Source: Octopus sinensis
Lineage: Eukaryota
Reading direction: 5' to 3'
NCBI RefSeq assembly: GCF_006345805.1
Contig: NW_021828350.1
Span: 1 to 8,484, forward strand
Length of the DNA: 8,484 nucleotides
Each line of letters opens with the position of its first letter. The stretch's first letter is position 1. Positions 7,481 through 8,484 of the stretch are shown here, piece by piece. The translations under genes and the position numbers were made by a program. A model generated the notes under the pieces. It was not told the DNA's origin. It ran no database searches and was given only the letters and a program-made list of their open reading frames with translations.

Positions 7481-8484
7481 GTGAAAGGCGGAGTTTACGA
7501 TAACAAGAGCAAAGTTAAAGGCAAAAGAGTGGAGACAAGGTTGGTAACGCAACAGATGTGTGTGTATGTGTGAGTGTGTGCGTGTGCGTGTGTGTATGTG
7601 TGTGTGTGAGGCGAGATAAAAAACAAAAAATATATGTATGTGTTAGTGTGTGCGTCTGTGTGTAGGCGTGTGAGGTAGGGCGAGACAGTGGTAGGCATAG
7701 CAGACACTGGTCAGTAGTAAGAAAAAGAAGGAAGGAGGGGAAGGGGTGGGGGCGTATGTAGCGTGCCAGCGTGTGTTGAGTAGTAGTGTGTGTGTGTGTC
7801 CAGTGTCGTGGTAGTATTAATGGCGAGTAGATTGAATGTGTGTAAGAGTAATGTATAAATTTAAGCAATGTGTGTATATGTGTGCGCGTGTGTGTAACAA
7901 AAAAAGGGGAGGTTAAGGAAAAAGGACTCCAGCTGAGGGGAAGATGGAAGAGTGGTCCCGCGGAGACGGGCGTGGGAAAACCCAACGACAAGCGACGGTC
8001 CCAGGAACGAGCGGAAGGTCTCGTCGGGTCCAAGAGCGAGGTGCATGCGGCGCGTATGCGTGCGCGAACCGGCGCAAGCGCGTGTGTGCGCGCGCCTGCG
8101 AGTATGCGCGTAAGTGTGTATGTGTGTGGATGTGTGAGTGTGTCTGTGTGTATGTCTCGGTGTCAGTGTGTCCGATGAAATGTATGTGAGTATGTGTGTA
8201 TATATGTGTGTGCATAGATGTATGTCCGTGTGTGTGTGTGTGTATGTGTATGAGTGTGTATGTATGTACGTGTGGGTGTCTGGAAGTGTGTGTATGTGCA
8301 TGTGTGTGCGCGTACATACAGGTGTGTGAGTGAGTGTGTGTGTGTGTGTATGTATGTGTGAGTGTGTATGTATGTGTGTGTAGGATGCATGTATGTGTAT
8401 GGGTGTATGTATGTGTGTGTGTATGTATGTATGTGTACGTGCGTGTGTGTTTGTGTATGAGTGTAGGTGTGCGCGTGTGCATGC
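7481..8484. repeat. Degenerate (GT)n-rich low-complexity region with unique CpG-rich islands; possibly the long 3' UTR of the PLE at 7261
   Basis: (GT)/(GTAT)/(GC) tracts at about 7556-7670, 7770-7895 and 8045-8484, with unique spacers and the same G/purine skew as fragment 3. The low complexity is seen directly; PLE membership is inference. Confidence 0.6.

Noticed and set aside
7495-8482. His/Thr- and Cys/Val-rich ORFs up to 189 aa (also 4114-4302 and 4966-5330)
   Set aside because: Translations of (CA)/(GT)n in several overlapping frames; not metal-binding proteins.

Overview
Eukaryotic, AT-rich, repeat-dense non-coding DNA (intron or intergenic). The microsatellite load and repeat families resemble a cephalopod, probably Octopus; this rests on my recognition of the repeats, not on a search. 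No host exon is supported, and nearly all ORFs in the track are microsatellite read-throughs. Contents: (1) two decayed fragments of an R4/Dong-type non-LTR retrotransposon (RT plus restriction-like endonuclease), fused tail-to-tail at about 3460, each starting at an (AAT)n tract; (2) three short Penelope-like-element (PLE) type termini in (TA)n tracts, each with a minus-strand minimal type I hammerhead ribozyme motif whose catalytic core is non-canonical (CUGUAGA once, CCGACGA twice); (3) four copies of a tRNA-derived SINE with a central microsatellite, two forming a 302-bp tandem duplication between two hammerheads; (4) three old copies of a second SINE family; (5) a 135-bp (AAT)n-flanked element with two mutually exclusive folds, one SECIS/K-turn-like.
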